DNA from: an uncultured archaeon
GTDB taxonomy: Archaea; Asgardarchaeota; Lokiarchaeia; Sigyniarchaeales; SOKP01
Assembly (NCBI GenBank): GCA_964447495.1
Contig: CAYUTF010000032.1
Coordinates: 1-26,172, forward strand
Direction: 5' to 3'
DNA length: 26,172 nucleotides
Under the pieces are notes generated by a model. The model saw nothing but the letters and a program-made list of their open reading frames with translations, ran no database searches and was not told where the DNA came from. Made by a program: the position numbers and the translations under genes. Below, in pieces: positions 1 through 9,546 of the stretch; within the stretch, counting starts at the first letter, position 1, and each line of letters begins with the position of its first letter.

Positions 1-566
1 GAATGAGAGCCATACTAATATTCTTTACTTTAGATATTTTTATCTATGGTATCTCATTATCGATTTATTATGGCGGTTTAAATGATTATTATCATTTAGC
101 AACCAATCAAATTTCATCCATAGTAATATGGATGAATATTACTAATATGGTTTTTCAAATCCCCGCGGGTCGAATAGCCGATAAACTTGGAAAAATGAAA
201 TCCCTTCTTTTAAGTGAATGTTTTGGATTAGGTTTTTTTGCTTTCAATATAGCAGCAGCAATTCTCTGGGCTAACTCAATTACAGAAACGATTATTCCTT
301 TATTAATATTTGGCCATATTTCCTTTGCTTTTTCAATAGTTACATTTATTCCATCTGAACAAATAATCCTTACAGATTTGGGTAAAAATAAGAAAGCAGA
401 ATCGTACGGTGTAGTTGCATTCGTTAGAGGTATTGGATATATTCCTACTGGAGTGATTGGGGGTATTCTTATCGAAAAAGTTAACTATTTAGCTCCTTTT
501 ATAATAACTTCAATAGGTATAGTTTTTGAAATTTGGTTTTTATTAAAATATTTTAAACATGAATAA
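1..566 (+). CDS. MFS transporter, C-terminal half (probably truncated by the window edge)
   Basis: Several hydrophobic helices and MFS motif A 'AGRIADKLGKMK'. Only about 6 TMs are present and the frame is open to the left edge. Confidence 0.8.
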   Translation, partial: MRAILIFFTLDIFIYGISLSIYYGGLNDYYHLATNQISSIVIWMNITNMVFQIPAGRIADKLGKMKSLLLSECFGLGFFAFNIAAAILWANSITETIIPLLIFGHISFAFSIVTFIPSEQIILTDLGKNKKAESYGVVAFVRGIGYIPTGVIGGILIEKVNYLAPFIITSIGIVFEIWFLLKYFKHE

Positions 567-683
567 TAAAAATCCTAGTTTCAAAGAGTATTTAATTTAG
601 AAAGAATAAGAATTAAAAAAATGCAACAATTCTATGTATTAATTTTAAAAAATAATAATATCAAGTCATAATAGGTTGGAAAA

Positions 684-1943
684 ATGACAAAACTAGCTAG
701 AAAAGTAGCGTTAGTGGGAGCTGGAATGTCTAAATTTGGAAATCATTTCCCAGTCAAACGAAATCCCGATCTATGGATTGATGCTTGGCTTAACGCTAAG
801 GAAAGTGTAGATAATGGAATTGAACCAAAAGATATTGATGCGTGTTATGTGGGAAATTATTCTTCGGATTTATTCAATCATCAAGGACATTTAGGTCCCC
901 AAATGGCTAATTTAGTTGGATTAACGCCAAAACCCGCACCAAGATTTGAAGGTGCTTGTGCCAGTAGCGGCATAGCTCTAAGGCAAGCGATAATTGCAAT
1001 TGCCTCGGGAATCCATGATGTTGTTGTCGTATGTGGAGTAGAATGCATGACAGAACTCCCAACCGCAGGGGTTACAGATGTATTAGCAACGGCATCCGAC
1101 AGTTTATTTGAGTATCCTGCAGGAGCCACCTTTCCAGGTTTATATGGTACTTTAGCTTCCGCTCACTTTAAAAAATATGGAACTACTGCAGAAGATTTAA
1201 TGAGAGTCGGAATTAAGAACCATAGCAACGGTGCTGAGAATCCTTACGCTCAAATGCAGCAATCCATTAAGGATATGATGAATAGTAAAATGAAAAGATA
1301 TGAGAAGGAAGGAAGAGAAATTCCTGATTGGTCTGATGAATTTGACTTTCTTAAGAGTTCAGCTAATCCAATTATTGCTTATCCATTAAGGCTCTTCGAT
1401 TGTTCTCTGATTACTGATGGGTCAGCATGCTTATTCTTAGCATCAGGAGACAAAGCGAAGAAATTCACAGATACACCTATATGGATAACCGGAACGGGTC
1501 AAGGAAGTGCTGCTCTTTCACTTCACGACAGAGATTCTTTGACATCATTTATTGCAGCAAAGGAGGCATCAAGACAAGCATATCAGATGTCTGGATTAAA
1601 GCCGAAAGACATACAAATAGCTGAAGTTCATGACTGTTTCACCATAGCGGAGATAGTGGCAATGGAAGATTTAGGATTTTATGAACAAGGAAAAGCTGTT
1701 GAGGCTATAAAAAACGGAGAATCAAAAAGAGATGGGTCACTTCCAATTAACACTTCAGGTGGACTTAAAAGTAAAGGACATCCCGTTGGAGCAAGTGGAG
1801 CGGCTATGCCCGTCGAGATATTTAAACAAATGAGAGGAGTTGCGGAAAGAAATAGACAAGTTAAATTCGATGTTGAACGGGCTCTTACGCATAATCTCGG
1901 TGGAAGTGGAGGAACCTGTGTAGTGACAATATATCAAAAATAG
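684..1943 (+). CDS. Thiolase (acetyl-CoA C-acyltransferase), archaeal/SCP-x type
   Basis: EGACASSG with the catalytic Cys, LFDCSLITDG, EVHDCF, NTSGGLKSKGHPVGASG, HNLGG. Confidence 0.93.
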   Translation: MTKLARKVALVGAGMSKFGNHFPVKRNPDLWIDAWLNAKESVDNGIEPKDIDACYVGNYSSDLFNHQGHLGPQMANLVGLTPKPAPRFEGACASSGIALRQAIIAIASGIHDVVVVCGVECMTELPTAGVTDVLATASDSLFEYPAGATFPGLYGTLASAHFKKYGTTAEDLMRVGIKNHSNGAENPYAQMQQSIKDMMNSKMKRYEKEGREIPDWSDEFDFLKSSANPIIAYPLRLFDCSLITDGSACLFLASGDKAKKFTDTPIWITGTGQGSAALSLHDRDSLTSFIAAKEASRQAYQMSGLKPKDIQIAEVHDCFTIAEIVAMEDLGFYEQGKAVEAIKNGESKRDGSLPINTSGGLKSKGHPVGASGAAMPVEIFKQMRGVAERNRQVKFDVERALTHNLGGSGGTCVVTIYQK

Positions 1944-1959
1944 AGGTGAACTTGAAAAA

Positions 1960-2382
1960 ATGACAGAAAATGAGAAGGATTTTACTATACAAAATTATTT
2001 GGAATTCTTGGAAAATAAAAAATTAATGGGTTCTAAATGTAAAGATTGTGGTACTTTATACACACCTGTAAGAAAATTATGCCCGAAGTGTGATACAGCT
2101 AATATGGAATGGGTGGAGATGTCTGGAAAAGGTGAATTGGCAGCTTTTACAAGCATCACCGTTGGAACGCCTTATTTCATTCAAAAAGGATATGATAGAA
2201 ACAATCCATATTGTTTTTCAATAATTAAACTAAAAGAAGGTTCTATGATTTCAGCTCAGCTTGTTGGAGTTGATGAGAAAAACCCAGAAACAATCAAGAT
2301 AGGCATGCCAGTAAAAGTTAAGTTCTTAGAAACTGAAATTAAAGGAGAAACTAAAACTGATTTAGGTTTTGAACCAATTTAA
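1960..2382 (+). CDS. DUF35 family Zn-ribbon/OB-fold protein (thiolase partner)
   Basis: CKDCG...CPKC rubredoxin-like ribbon followed by an OB fold ('GMPVKVKF'). It lies directly after the thiolase, with RBS GAGGTGA at about 1943-1949. Confidence 0.9.
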   Translation: MTENEKDFTIQNYLEFLENKKLMGSKCKDCGTLYTPVRKLCPKCDTANMEWVEMSGKGELAAFTSITVGTPYFIQKGYDRNNPYCFSIIKLKEGSMISAQLVGVDEKNPETIKIGMPVKVKFLETEIKGETKTDLGFEPI

Positions 2383-2467
2383 AATCAAAAATATTATTTT
2401 TTATTTTTCATTCTATTAGCTTAGTTAATATTTTTAAGCTTTTTATTGGTGATCTAGAGTTAAAAGA

Positions 2468-3631
2468 ATATATAAAGCATTTGTAATCATAACGTTAATT
2501 CTTATAATTTCATTACCTCTGATTTTTCCAATATTTTTATTATTTGGCAATGATATTCGTAATATTGAATTTCCACTACAATTTAGCGGTAATAATGCAT
2601 ATTCTTATGTTGAGGATCAACTTAATATTAATACTACGCAATTTAGAATTCCTGGAACGCAAGGTAGAGAAGAATGCGCTGAATATTTTGTAGAAAAGTT
2701 TAAGGATATCGATGTGAATTTTACCTATATATTCCATAATTTTACTGTTCAATCAATTGATTGTCAAAATGTGTTATTTAAACTTAATGAACATTTGAAT
2801 AATATTGTCATATTAAGTTCACATTATGATTCTCGAGCAAGAGCAACAAAAGATCCAGATGTGCTTAAGAGAGATGATCCCATACCGGGAGCCAATGATG
2901 GGGCTAGTGGGTGCGCGGTGTTAATTGATTTAGCCAGAATTTTCTATACTCTTAAAGATAACTTGTCATGTCAAATTTGGTTTCTTTTTTTTGATGCAGA
3001 AGACCAAGGATATGATTATGGTCCTGGTATTAGTGGATGGGATTGGTGTGAAGGATCTAATAAATTTGTTGAAGATATAGACTTTTTTTTTAATTCTTCT
3101 TATGAATTATTTGACGCAATGATATTATTGGATATGGTAGGTGGTGTTAATTTAGAATTTATTAATGAACAGTACTCTACTTCTTCTCTTATTGAAGAAC
3201 TATTTGAAATTGGACAGCAATTAGGATATACTTCAGAATTTCCTGGAAGTCCGACGGTTGCTTCTATTACTGATGATCACGTTGCTTTTATTAATTATGG
3301 AATTCCTTCAGCAGATTTAATAATTAATTTTTGGAATAACCCGAGCTGGCCTTTCCATCACACGGTTAATGATGATCTTACTTCTATTTCAAACAACAGT
3401 CTTGAGGTAACGGGGAAAACAGTTGAACAATTTATATATAATAATTATCTCATGCAAAATAAAACTTATACAGGGAATTACCCTTGGACAGGTGATATTA
3501 ACCTTCTTAGCACAGAAGTGGTTAATATAATATTGATTATTGCTTTTCTTTTTTTTGGAATTACGATCTTTTTCTTGATTAAAAGATATTTAGTAAAAAA
3601 AAGACAATCTGATTTGATGGATAATAATTAG
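2468..3631 (+). CDS. M28 family metallopeptidase / glutaminyl cyclase-like, membrane-anchored; true start lies upstream of the tracked GTG at 2714
   Basis: HYDSR, GANDGASG, FDAED, LDMVG, TDDH and HHT motifs, plus a C-terminal TM with a basic tail. The frame is open back to TGA 2450-2452 and encodes an N-terminal hydrophobic segment and 'FRIPGT'. The start (ATA 2468 or GTT 2459) is uncertain. Confidence 0.8.
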   Translation: MYKAFVIITLILIISLPLIFPIFLLFGNDIRNIEFPLQFSGNNAYSYVEDQLNINTTQFRIPGTQGREECAEYFVEKFKDIDVNFTYIFHNFTVQSIDCQNVLFKLNEHLNNIVILSSHYDSRARATKDPDVLKRDDPIPGANDGASGCAVLIDLARIFYTLKDNLSCQIWFLFFDAEDQGYDYGPGISGWDWCEGSNKFVEDIDFFFNSSYELFDAMILLDMVGGVNLEFINEQYSTSSLIEELFEIGQQLGYTSEFPGSPTVASITDDHVAFINYGIPSADLIINFWNNPSWPFHHTVNDDLTSISNNSLEVTGKTVEQFIYNNYLMQNKTYTGNYPWTGDINLLSTEVVNIILIIAFLFFGITIFFLIKRYLVKKRQSDLMDNN

Positions 3632-3703
3632 GACAAGCACATCCAAAAGGCAAGAATGTTTAATATATGATAGATATTAATCTTTTGTTAAATACTTCTA
3701 CTT

Positions 3704-4171
3704 ATGATAAAGTTCCAAGATATCAAAAATATCAGCAATAATTTTGATAAAGAGTTTTGTAAGGCAATTAACGAGAGTTCTGAATATAGAATCGCTGCAA
3801 AAGGGTGGGGTATCGATTTTGAAGGAGGCACGCTATACATTTTTGAAGCTTCTGGAGAAGTTATAGATAATATAAAAATTTTTATGGACTTAAAAGATGG
3901 GATGTGCCTAGGTGTAAAATTGCTTGGACCAAATGATGATATCCCCAAACCAGCAATTTTAACTATAAAAGCACCGTTTCATGTGTGGAAAAAGATTCGT
4001 TTAGGACAACTAAAATTAATGAATGCTATAATGAGTGGACATGTGAAAATTGAAGGTAATATAAGTTTGGTTATGAGATATTCTAAGGCAGCGATGATCT
4101 TAGGAAATATTGCTAGAAAGCAGAAGTTTTTTAATGATCTTTTGAATATTTATACTCTTGATGACTTTTAG
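3704..4171 (+). CDS. SCP2 sterol/lipid-binding domain protein
   Basis: SCP2 signature 'WKKIRLGQLKLMNAIMSGHVKIEGNISLVMR'. Confidence 0.8.
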   Translation: MIKFQDIKNISNNFDKEFCKAINESSEYRIAAKGWGIDFEGGTLYIFEASGEVIDNIKIFMDLKDGMCLGVKLLGPNDDIPKPAILTIKAPFHVWKKIRLGQLKLMNAIMSGHVKIEGNISLVMRYSKAAMILGNIARKQKFFNDLLNIYTLDDF

Positions 4172-4173
4172 AG

Positions 4174-4800
4174 TTAATCTCTCTTTTCTGCTAATAACGC
4201 TCTATGTTTTGTCTCATCAACATAGAGTTGAAGAATTTTAAAAGATTTAAATAATTGATATATCTCGTCTTTTGTGAAAAAGTGGTGAGGCAAACCTCTT
4301 TCTGGCCCCTTTTGAGGAATAAAAGTCCCTTTTTCGATCTCTTTCAGATCCCATTGTTCTAATTTTGAACCTACTCCAAAAAGAGGAAATGTGATAAAGA
4401 TTAATCCTTTTGATTTTAGAACCCGTTTCATCTCATTTATCGTAAATTCGATGTCTTTTAATAAATTGTGATGAATCACTTGTATAGAAATTAGAGCATC
4501 AAAATACTCGTCAGAATAGGGAAATATATCTTCAATTCGATGTAATTTTAAATCACAAAAACGTCCCTCTTCTTTTAACCACTCATTTGAAATATCTAAA
4601 GCACTTGGTGAAGCATCTATTCCAAATATCTCAAAACCCCTTTTAGAAAAAAAGACTAGATGACGACCTGATCCACATCCAATATCTAAGATTTTACGGA
4701 TATCCCTTTTCTTAAAAAGTGTGGATATCCTTTCCATATCGGGATGTGGTGTTTCAAATACTTTACCGTCTTTCTTAAAAATATCCTCCCAATCAGGCAT
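4174..4800 (-). CDS. Class I SAM-dependent methyltransferase
   Basis: ILDIGCGSGRH (motif I), GIDAS, FDALIS, RVLKSKG. Confidence 0.9.
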   Translation of the reverse strand: MPDWEDIFKKDGKVFETPHPDMERISTLFKKRDIRKILDIGCGSGRHLVFFSKRGFEIFGIDASPSALDISNEWLKEEGRFCDLKLHRIEDIFPYSDEYFDALISIQVIHHNLLKDIEFTINEMKRVLKSKGLIFITFPLFGVGSKLEQWDLKEIEKGTFIPQKGPERGLPHHFFTKDEIYQLFKSFKILQLYVDETKHRALLAEKRD

Positions 4801-4842
4801 AAAATCAGACTAGAAAAAGGTTATTAGAAATTAGATTTCAAT

Positions 4843-5814
4843 TTAGTGTGTACATTCCCACATATAATGTCCATATTTTTGTTTGAATTCTTCTGCAAAT
4901 TCATTTGTTTTCGGTCGTATGAATTCATAACCATCTTGAATGCATTCATAATTAACAGGAAGTGATCCTAATACTTCACCATCAACTTGGCATACATAAG
5001 GCTCATCTTCAAACGTCCTCATTTCTACTCTTACTCTCTTACTCTGATATTCTTGAATATCAGGATGTGGGAGTAACGAGGCATTATACATTCTTCTGAA
5101 TTGCCTAGCTAACTTAACCTTGTCAATATTTACAATGCTGATATCAAAAAGACCGTCTTCAATACTAGCTCTTTGGCAAATAAACATACCCCCACCATAT
5201 GCTCCAGAAAGCCCCACAGCGGCAAGATTTGCTTCACCTTCGTATGTATCATTATCCATTTTCACGATGATCTCTTGGTTTTCCCATTCTTTTAATAAAG
5301 TGAGAATTATCATATTATAATCTTTTTCTTTATCTTCATTAGATCTACGAGCGACTTCGCTATCAAAGCCTTGTGAGCCTATTCCTAAAAAATAACGTTT
5401 CGTACCGTCATCTCTTTTAGCATAACCAATGTCACATTTACTAGAGTGACCTTCAGCAATAATTTCACAAGACCGCTTGATATCTGCTCTATAACCTATT
5501 GCTGCAGGAATATCATTACCCGAGCCCATAGGTATAAAGCCTACAAGAGCGTTTGTGTTTGAAATAATGGTTCCGTGCATTATTTCATTACACGTTCCAT
5601 CCCCTCCAGCAGCAATTACGCGATATCCTTCCTTAGCTAATTGTGTAGCAAGTTCGATGGCATGTTGGGCATATTCTGTCTGAAAGAGCTTGTATGATAT
5701 CTTCAAATCATCTAAACAATTACACATATACTCTATATCCTTTTCCGTCTGCTCTGCCTTTCCAGCAATAGGATTATATATGATTGCATGATCTGCTTCC
5801 ATACTTTTCACCAT
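4843..5814 (-). CDS. Diacylglycerol/lipid kinase family (YegS/DagK-like)
   Basis: YNPIAG, AGGDGT, PMGSGND, YGGG, DGLFD, QVDGE. Confidence 0.9.
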   Translation of the reverse strand: MVKSMEADHAIIYNPIAGKAEQTEKDIEYMCNCLDDLKISYKLFQTEYAQHAIELATQLAKEGYRVIAAGGDGTCNEIMHGTIISNTNALVGFIPMGSGNDIPAAIGYRADIKRSCEIIAEGHSSKCDIGYAKRDDGTKRYFLGIGSQGFDSEVARRSNEDKEKDYNMIILTLLKEWENQEIIVKMDNDTYEGEANLAAVGLSGAYGGGMFICQRASIEDGLFDISIVNIDKVKLARQFRRMYNASLLPHPDIQEYQSKRVRVEMRTFEDEPYVCQVDGEVLGSLPVNYECIQDGYEFIRPKTNEFAEEFKQKYGHYMWECTH

Positions 5815-5963
5815 AACTTTTAAATTTTTAAAATAAGTATTAATTTTATTTATAATATTTTAAACTATGATCTATTTAAAAGTTATTTAAATAACAGAGA
5901 CTTCTCGCTAATAGAAAGGACAAATCGAAAGAGATAGGGAAAAATAGCGATGGAGGGGTTTTC

Positions 5964-6497
5964 TTAACTTTCGTGCCAAATACAGCCACAACCATCGCAA
6001 CTGTATTTTTTTCCATAAATTTTTGGATAATGGCTAATTATATAATTTTTATCTATAGATTCATGGATCTTAAAAAAACTTTCATCATTTCCACAAATTG
6101 GACAATATCTTCTTCCTTCAGTTTTAGGAATAGTTAATATTTCACCCGTGTATCTAAATAAACTATCCTCTGTAATCGAATTAATTAGTTTTCTTTTTTT
6201 TAAGAAATTCTTTATTATGGGTTCAATCTCTTCATTTAAGGTATTATCTTCATTTTTTAATGAATGATGTTCATGATCAAAAGAACTTTGTTCAAGACTT
6301 TTTAGGTAACTTTTCGCTATCGGTTTAATTTCAACCTTCTTGGGTAATCGGTTATATTTTTTCTGGAAATTTTCGATAAAATCTTCAACAAATATTTTTT
6401 CAATTGAAAAACCTTCATTCTCAATTTCTTTGATAATATCTCCTACGATATATTCTTTTATAAATGGACCTTCCATATACAAGAGGTTTTCCCTCAC
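5964..6497 (-). CDS. Hypothetical protein with C-terminal zinc ribbon
   Basis: 177-aa ORF with CPICG...CDGCG at the C-terminus; GTG start is uncertain. Confidence 0.6.
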   Translation of the reverse strand: MRENLLYMEGPFIKEYIVGDIIKEIENEGFSIEKIFVEDFIENFQKKYNRLPKKVEIKPIAKSYLKSLEQSSFDHEHHSLKNEDNTLNEEIEPIIKNFLKKRKLINSITEDSLFRYTGEILTIPKTEGRRYCPICGNDESFFKIHESIDKNYIISHYPKIYGKKYSCDGCGCIWHES

Positions 6498-6900
6498 CCT
6501 AATAATTTAAATGAATCATAAAATCTTCATTTACTCAATAGTTCTTGATTAAGATATTATTCTTTAAAATATTTTCTTAATTTTAGTCGGATATTTTGGA
6601 ATAGAAAATTAATAATTTGGAATTGAATATGTTAAATCTGGAAATTTAATCTTTAAGTTTTCCAAAATCCTATATATAATATAACCTATTACTAAAGATG
6701 TATATTTACTTAACTTTCCCCTAAAAAAATCATACTCTCAATTTACTTTCAGCTATTCACATACAGTTGGGTTATTTATTTTTAATTTTAAACTCCATAA
6801 TCATACTTAACTATAAATCTAAACTCATTTGATAGGATTAACCAATATTTATATTGATTTTTTTATTTATTTAGTCAAAGAAGAGAATATAAATAGTATT

Positions 6901-7545
6901 ATGGAAAGAAATCATAAAAAGACTAAACAAGAAGATCAAAAGGAACCTAAAAGCCGGAAAAAAATAATATATGCCGTAATAATGATATCCATTGCTTTTT
7001 TGGGCTCTTTTTTACTCTATTTCATACTACAAATAACTCTAAATACGGAAACTCCCATAGTTGTGGTTGAGTCTGGCTCAATGGAACCGGTTATAAGTCG
7101 AGGAGACTTGTTAATAGTGAGAGGTGTTCCCCCAAGTGAAATTCGGAATGGTACTATAGAAGATAAAGATGGAGATATTATTGTTTTTGACGCTCATGGC
7201 GTATGGTCAAATCCTCCAGAAGAACCTATAGTCCATAGGGTCGTAGATAAGAAATTTGAAGGCGGTATCTGGCAATTTAGAACCAAAGGTGATGCAAACT
7301 ATTTAGTAGATGAAGGATGGGTACCTCAAGAAAACATATTCGGAATTGTGGTTTTTAAGATACCCTTGCTCGGTTGGGTAAAAATTTTCTTAACAGAATC
7401 AGGTTTATTAATACCATTATTAATAATTATTTCAATTCTACTTATCGTTAGTATTATAATTGACATTTATAAAAAAGAAGAAACAAAAGCTAAAGATAAA
7501 GATAAAACTGAGGAATTTAAGAACCAAAATAATAAGTTTGAGTAA
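6901..7545 (+). CDS. Signal peptidase I, archaeal/Sec11 (S26B) type
   Basis: TM followed by VVESGSMEP (catalytic Ser), IVHRV (His) and TKGDAN..D, then a C-terminal TM. ATG 6901 is preferred over TTG 6829. Confidence 0.92.
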   Translation: MERNHKKTKQEDQKEPKSRKKIIYAVIMISIAFLGSFLLYFILQITLNTETPIVVVESGSMEPVISRGDLLIVRGVPPSEIRNGTIEDKDGDIIVFDAHGVWSNPPEEPIVHRVVDKKFEGGIWQFRTKGDANYLVDEGWVPQENIFGIVVFKIPLLGWVKIFLTESGLLIPLLIIISILLIVSIIIDIYKKEETKAKDKDKTEEFKNQNNKFE

Positions 7546-7908
7546 TATAGAATCACTTTCCATCTTATCTTCATACTTTAAATAAAAAAAATATATAAAA
7601 AAACAATTACGAGGTATTATTGGTTTAGCTTCAATATTTCTTTCCTGGTTTCTGTTTTATCTTGGAGTACAATTAAAAGGTATGTAAAATTCGTAATCCT
7701 TTTTTTTTTTTAATTACTTGCAAAAATGCACTTTTTTTTAAGAATTATCTCGAAAAATTATTAAATTGATAATAAAATTTTTATGAAGAAAAAAATTCAC
7801 ATAAATGGTAATACTCGTAATTTGAAATTACGATTATACTTTAATGCAGAAATACAAAACTACAAAAAAAAATCAATTATAAACAAAAAAAACTTAGAGG
7901 TTATATAC

Positions 7909-8187
7909 ATGGCAAAAGAAGCAAATAGCGTTTTTGTTGGCCGTCGCCCAACTATGAATTATGTTATGGCGACAATGATGATCCTCAATAAAGGTGAAGA
8001 ATGCACCGTAAAAGCTCGTGGCAGAGCAATCTCTCATGCAGTCGATGTGTGTGAGATTTTAAGAAATCGATTCTTAAAGGGAACTGAATATAGAGACATA
8101 AAGCTTTCCACAGAGCAACTTGAGGGTGAAAACGGGCAAAATAATAATGTGTCAAGCATTGAAATTGTACTTGCTCCACCAAAGTAA
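7909..8187 (+). CDS. albA: DNA/RNA-binding protein Alba
   Basis: VFVGRRPTMNYV, VKARGRAISHAVDVCE, VSSIEIVL. ATG 7909 follows RBS GAGGT and gives 92 aa. Confidence 0.95.
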   Translation: MAKEANSVFVGRRPTMNYVMATMMILNKGEECTVKARGRAISHAVDVCEILRNRFLKGTEYRDIKLSTEQLEGENGQNNNVSSIEIVLAPPK

Positions 8188-8242
8188 ACTTAGAGAAATA
8201 ATATTCTCTTTCTCTACACTCAAACAAATTAACTAATATTAC

Positions 8243-8260
8243 CTTTTCTTTTTTTTCATT
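8243..8260 (+). terminator. Probable oligo-T terminator after alba
   Basis: T-rich run about 55 nt after the stop codon, as typical of archaeal terminators. Confidence 0.4.
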
Positions 8261-8619
8261 TCATTTGATGGAACTAATTTATACTTATACTACTAAATTC
8301 TAAGAGATGTATTTTCTTTTATAGTAGATATGCGAAAAATACATCAAATGATAATTCTTATTTATTTCATTATTAAATGGTTGATAGACTTCTACAGTTT
8401 TCAATTTTGAATTCATATAAAATTCCATTGAAGATAAAGTTAAGAACCTTATGAAAACTCAGATAATTAAAAAAATGTGATTTAGAATAGAATTTTCAAA
8501 AAGATTTAAAAACTCATATGTTAATAATTTATATTAATAACAAATGAAATTCCTTTAAATTTAATCAGATTAGAATTAAGGTATAAAAATAAAAAATTAT
8601 TAAAAGAGGATGATGAGTA

Positions 8620-8808
8620 ATGGCAAAAGTAGAACCCCTATTTGTAAAATCTAAAGTACGGGAATTTATAAAGGCTAAGGAATGTAACACTTCAAGTGGT
8701 GTTCTTGATGGAGAAGCTCTTAATAAAATAATTATAGAAATGCTTGATGAAGCAGTTAAAAGAGCAAAAGCTAATGGTCGTAAGACAGTAAAAGCAAGAG
8801 ATTTATAA
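8620..8808 (+). CDS. Short histone-fold protein (alpha3-truncated type)
   Basis: 62 aa ending in 'AVKRAKANGRKTVKARDL' (RKT..D histone signature) with no extended alpha3. RBS GAGGA lies upstream. Confidence 0.85.
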   Translation: MAKVEPLFVKSKVREFIKAKECNTSSGVLDGEALNKIIIEMLDEAVKRAKANGRKTVKARDL

Positions 8809-9010
8809 AATTAATAAATACACAATTTTCTTCAAATTTTTTTTTTATTCTCTAAGAGTAAGTATTTTATTTTTGAATTTTCATATTCCATTTCTGATTT
8901 TAAAATTGTATTACACATTTCTTTCATATGTAATTTGAATGACCCTATAGATTTAAAAAGCCTAACGTTATATGCATCATAGAAAACCAAACTATTAACA
9001 AACATAAAAA

Positions 9011-9538
9011 ATGGGAAATCCATTTATATTTCTTGTAATAGTTGGCATTATATTCTTATTGATTTTAATCCTGATATACTTTGGAATTAAAAAGTATAAA
9101 AATAAAAGTAAATTTAACAAGAAAACAGAGAAAATTAGCACATTTAGATGTCTAGATGGACATTTAGTTAAGTCTAAAGGTGAATTAATTATAGATAACT
9201 ATCTTTTCTTCCTTGGAATTCAGCACATCTATGAAAAGGTCATCAGTTTACGGGGAAATAAAGTTAAATGTGATTGGTATTTACCGAAATACGATATATA
9301 TATAGAATATTGGGGTTATTATGGGAAGCGATACAATAAAAGGAAAAAAGAAAAACTAAGACTATACCAAAAAGAAAATATAAAAATTATTTCCATTGAC
9401 AATTCTATGTTTTATGATATTTACACAAATATAAATAAAATGTTAAAAAAATATATTAAAAACTATAAAGAGAATTATTGGAAAGCTGAAAAAAAATATT
9501 GCTACAATTGTGGTAAAGAATTAGATGAAAGATTTTAA
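9011..9538 (+). CDS. Membrane-anchored PD-(D/E)XK nuclease-like protein
   Basis: N-terminal TM; 'DGHLVKSKGELIIDNYL...YE...CDWYL...YIEYWG' pattern; C-terminal CYNCG. Confidence 0.6.
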   Translation: MGNPFIFLVIVGIIFLLILILIYFGIKKYKNKSKFNKKTEKISTFRCLDGHLVKSKGELIIDNYLFFLGIQHIYEKVISLRGNKVKCDWYLPKYDIYIEYWGYYGKRYNKRKKEKLRLYQKENIKIISIDNSMFYDIYTNINKMLKKYIKNYKENYWKAEKKYCYNCGKELDERF

Positions 9539-9546
9539 TTACAGTT

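Noticed and set aside
6500-6670. Possible decayed 5' part of the Zn-ribbon gene (TTG-ENLKIKFPDLTYSIPNY*)
   Set aside because: Multiple stops in all frames and no recognisable homology, so it cannot be supported.
7783-7908. N-terminal extension on Alba (134-aa ORF)
   Set aside because: Low-complexity A-rich sequence. The RBS and family length point to ATG 7909.
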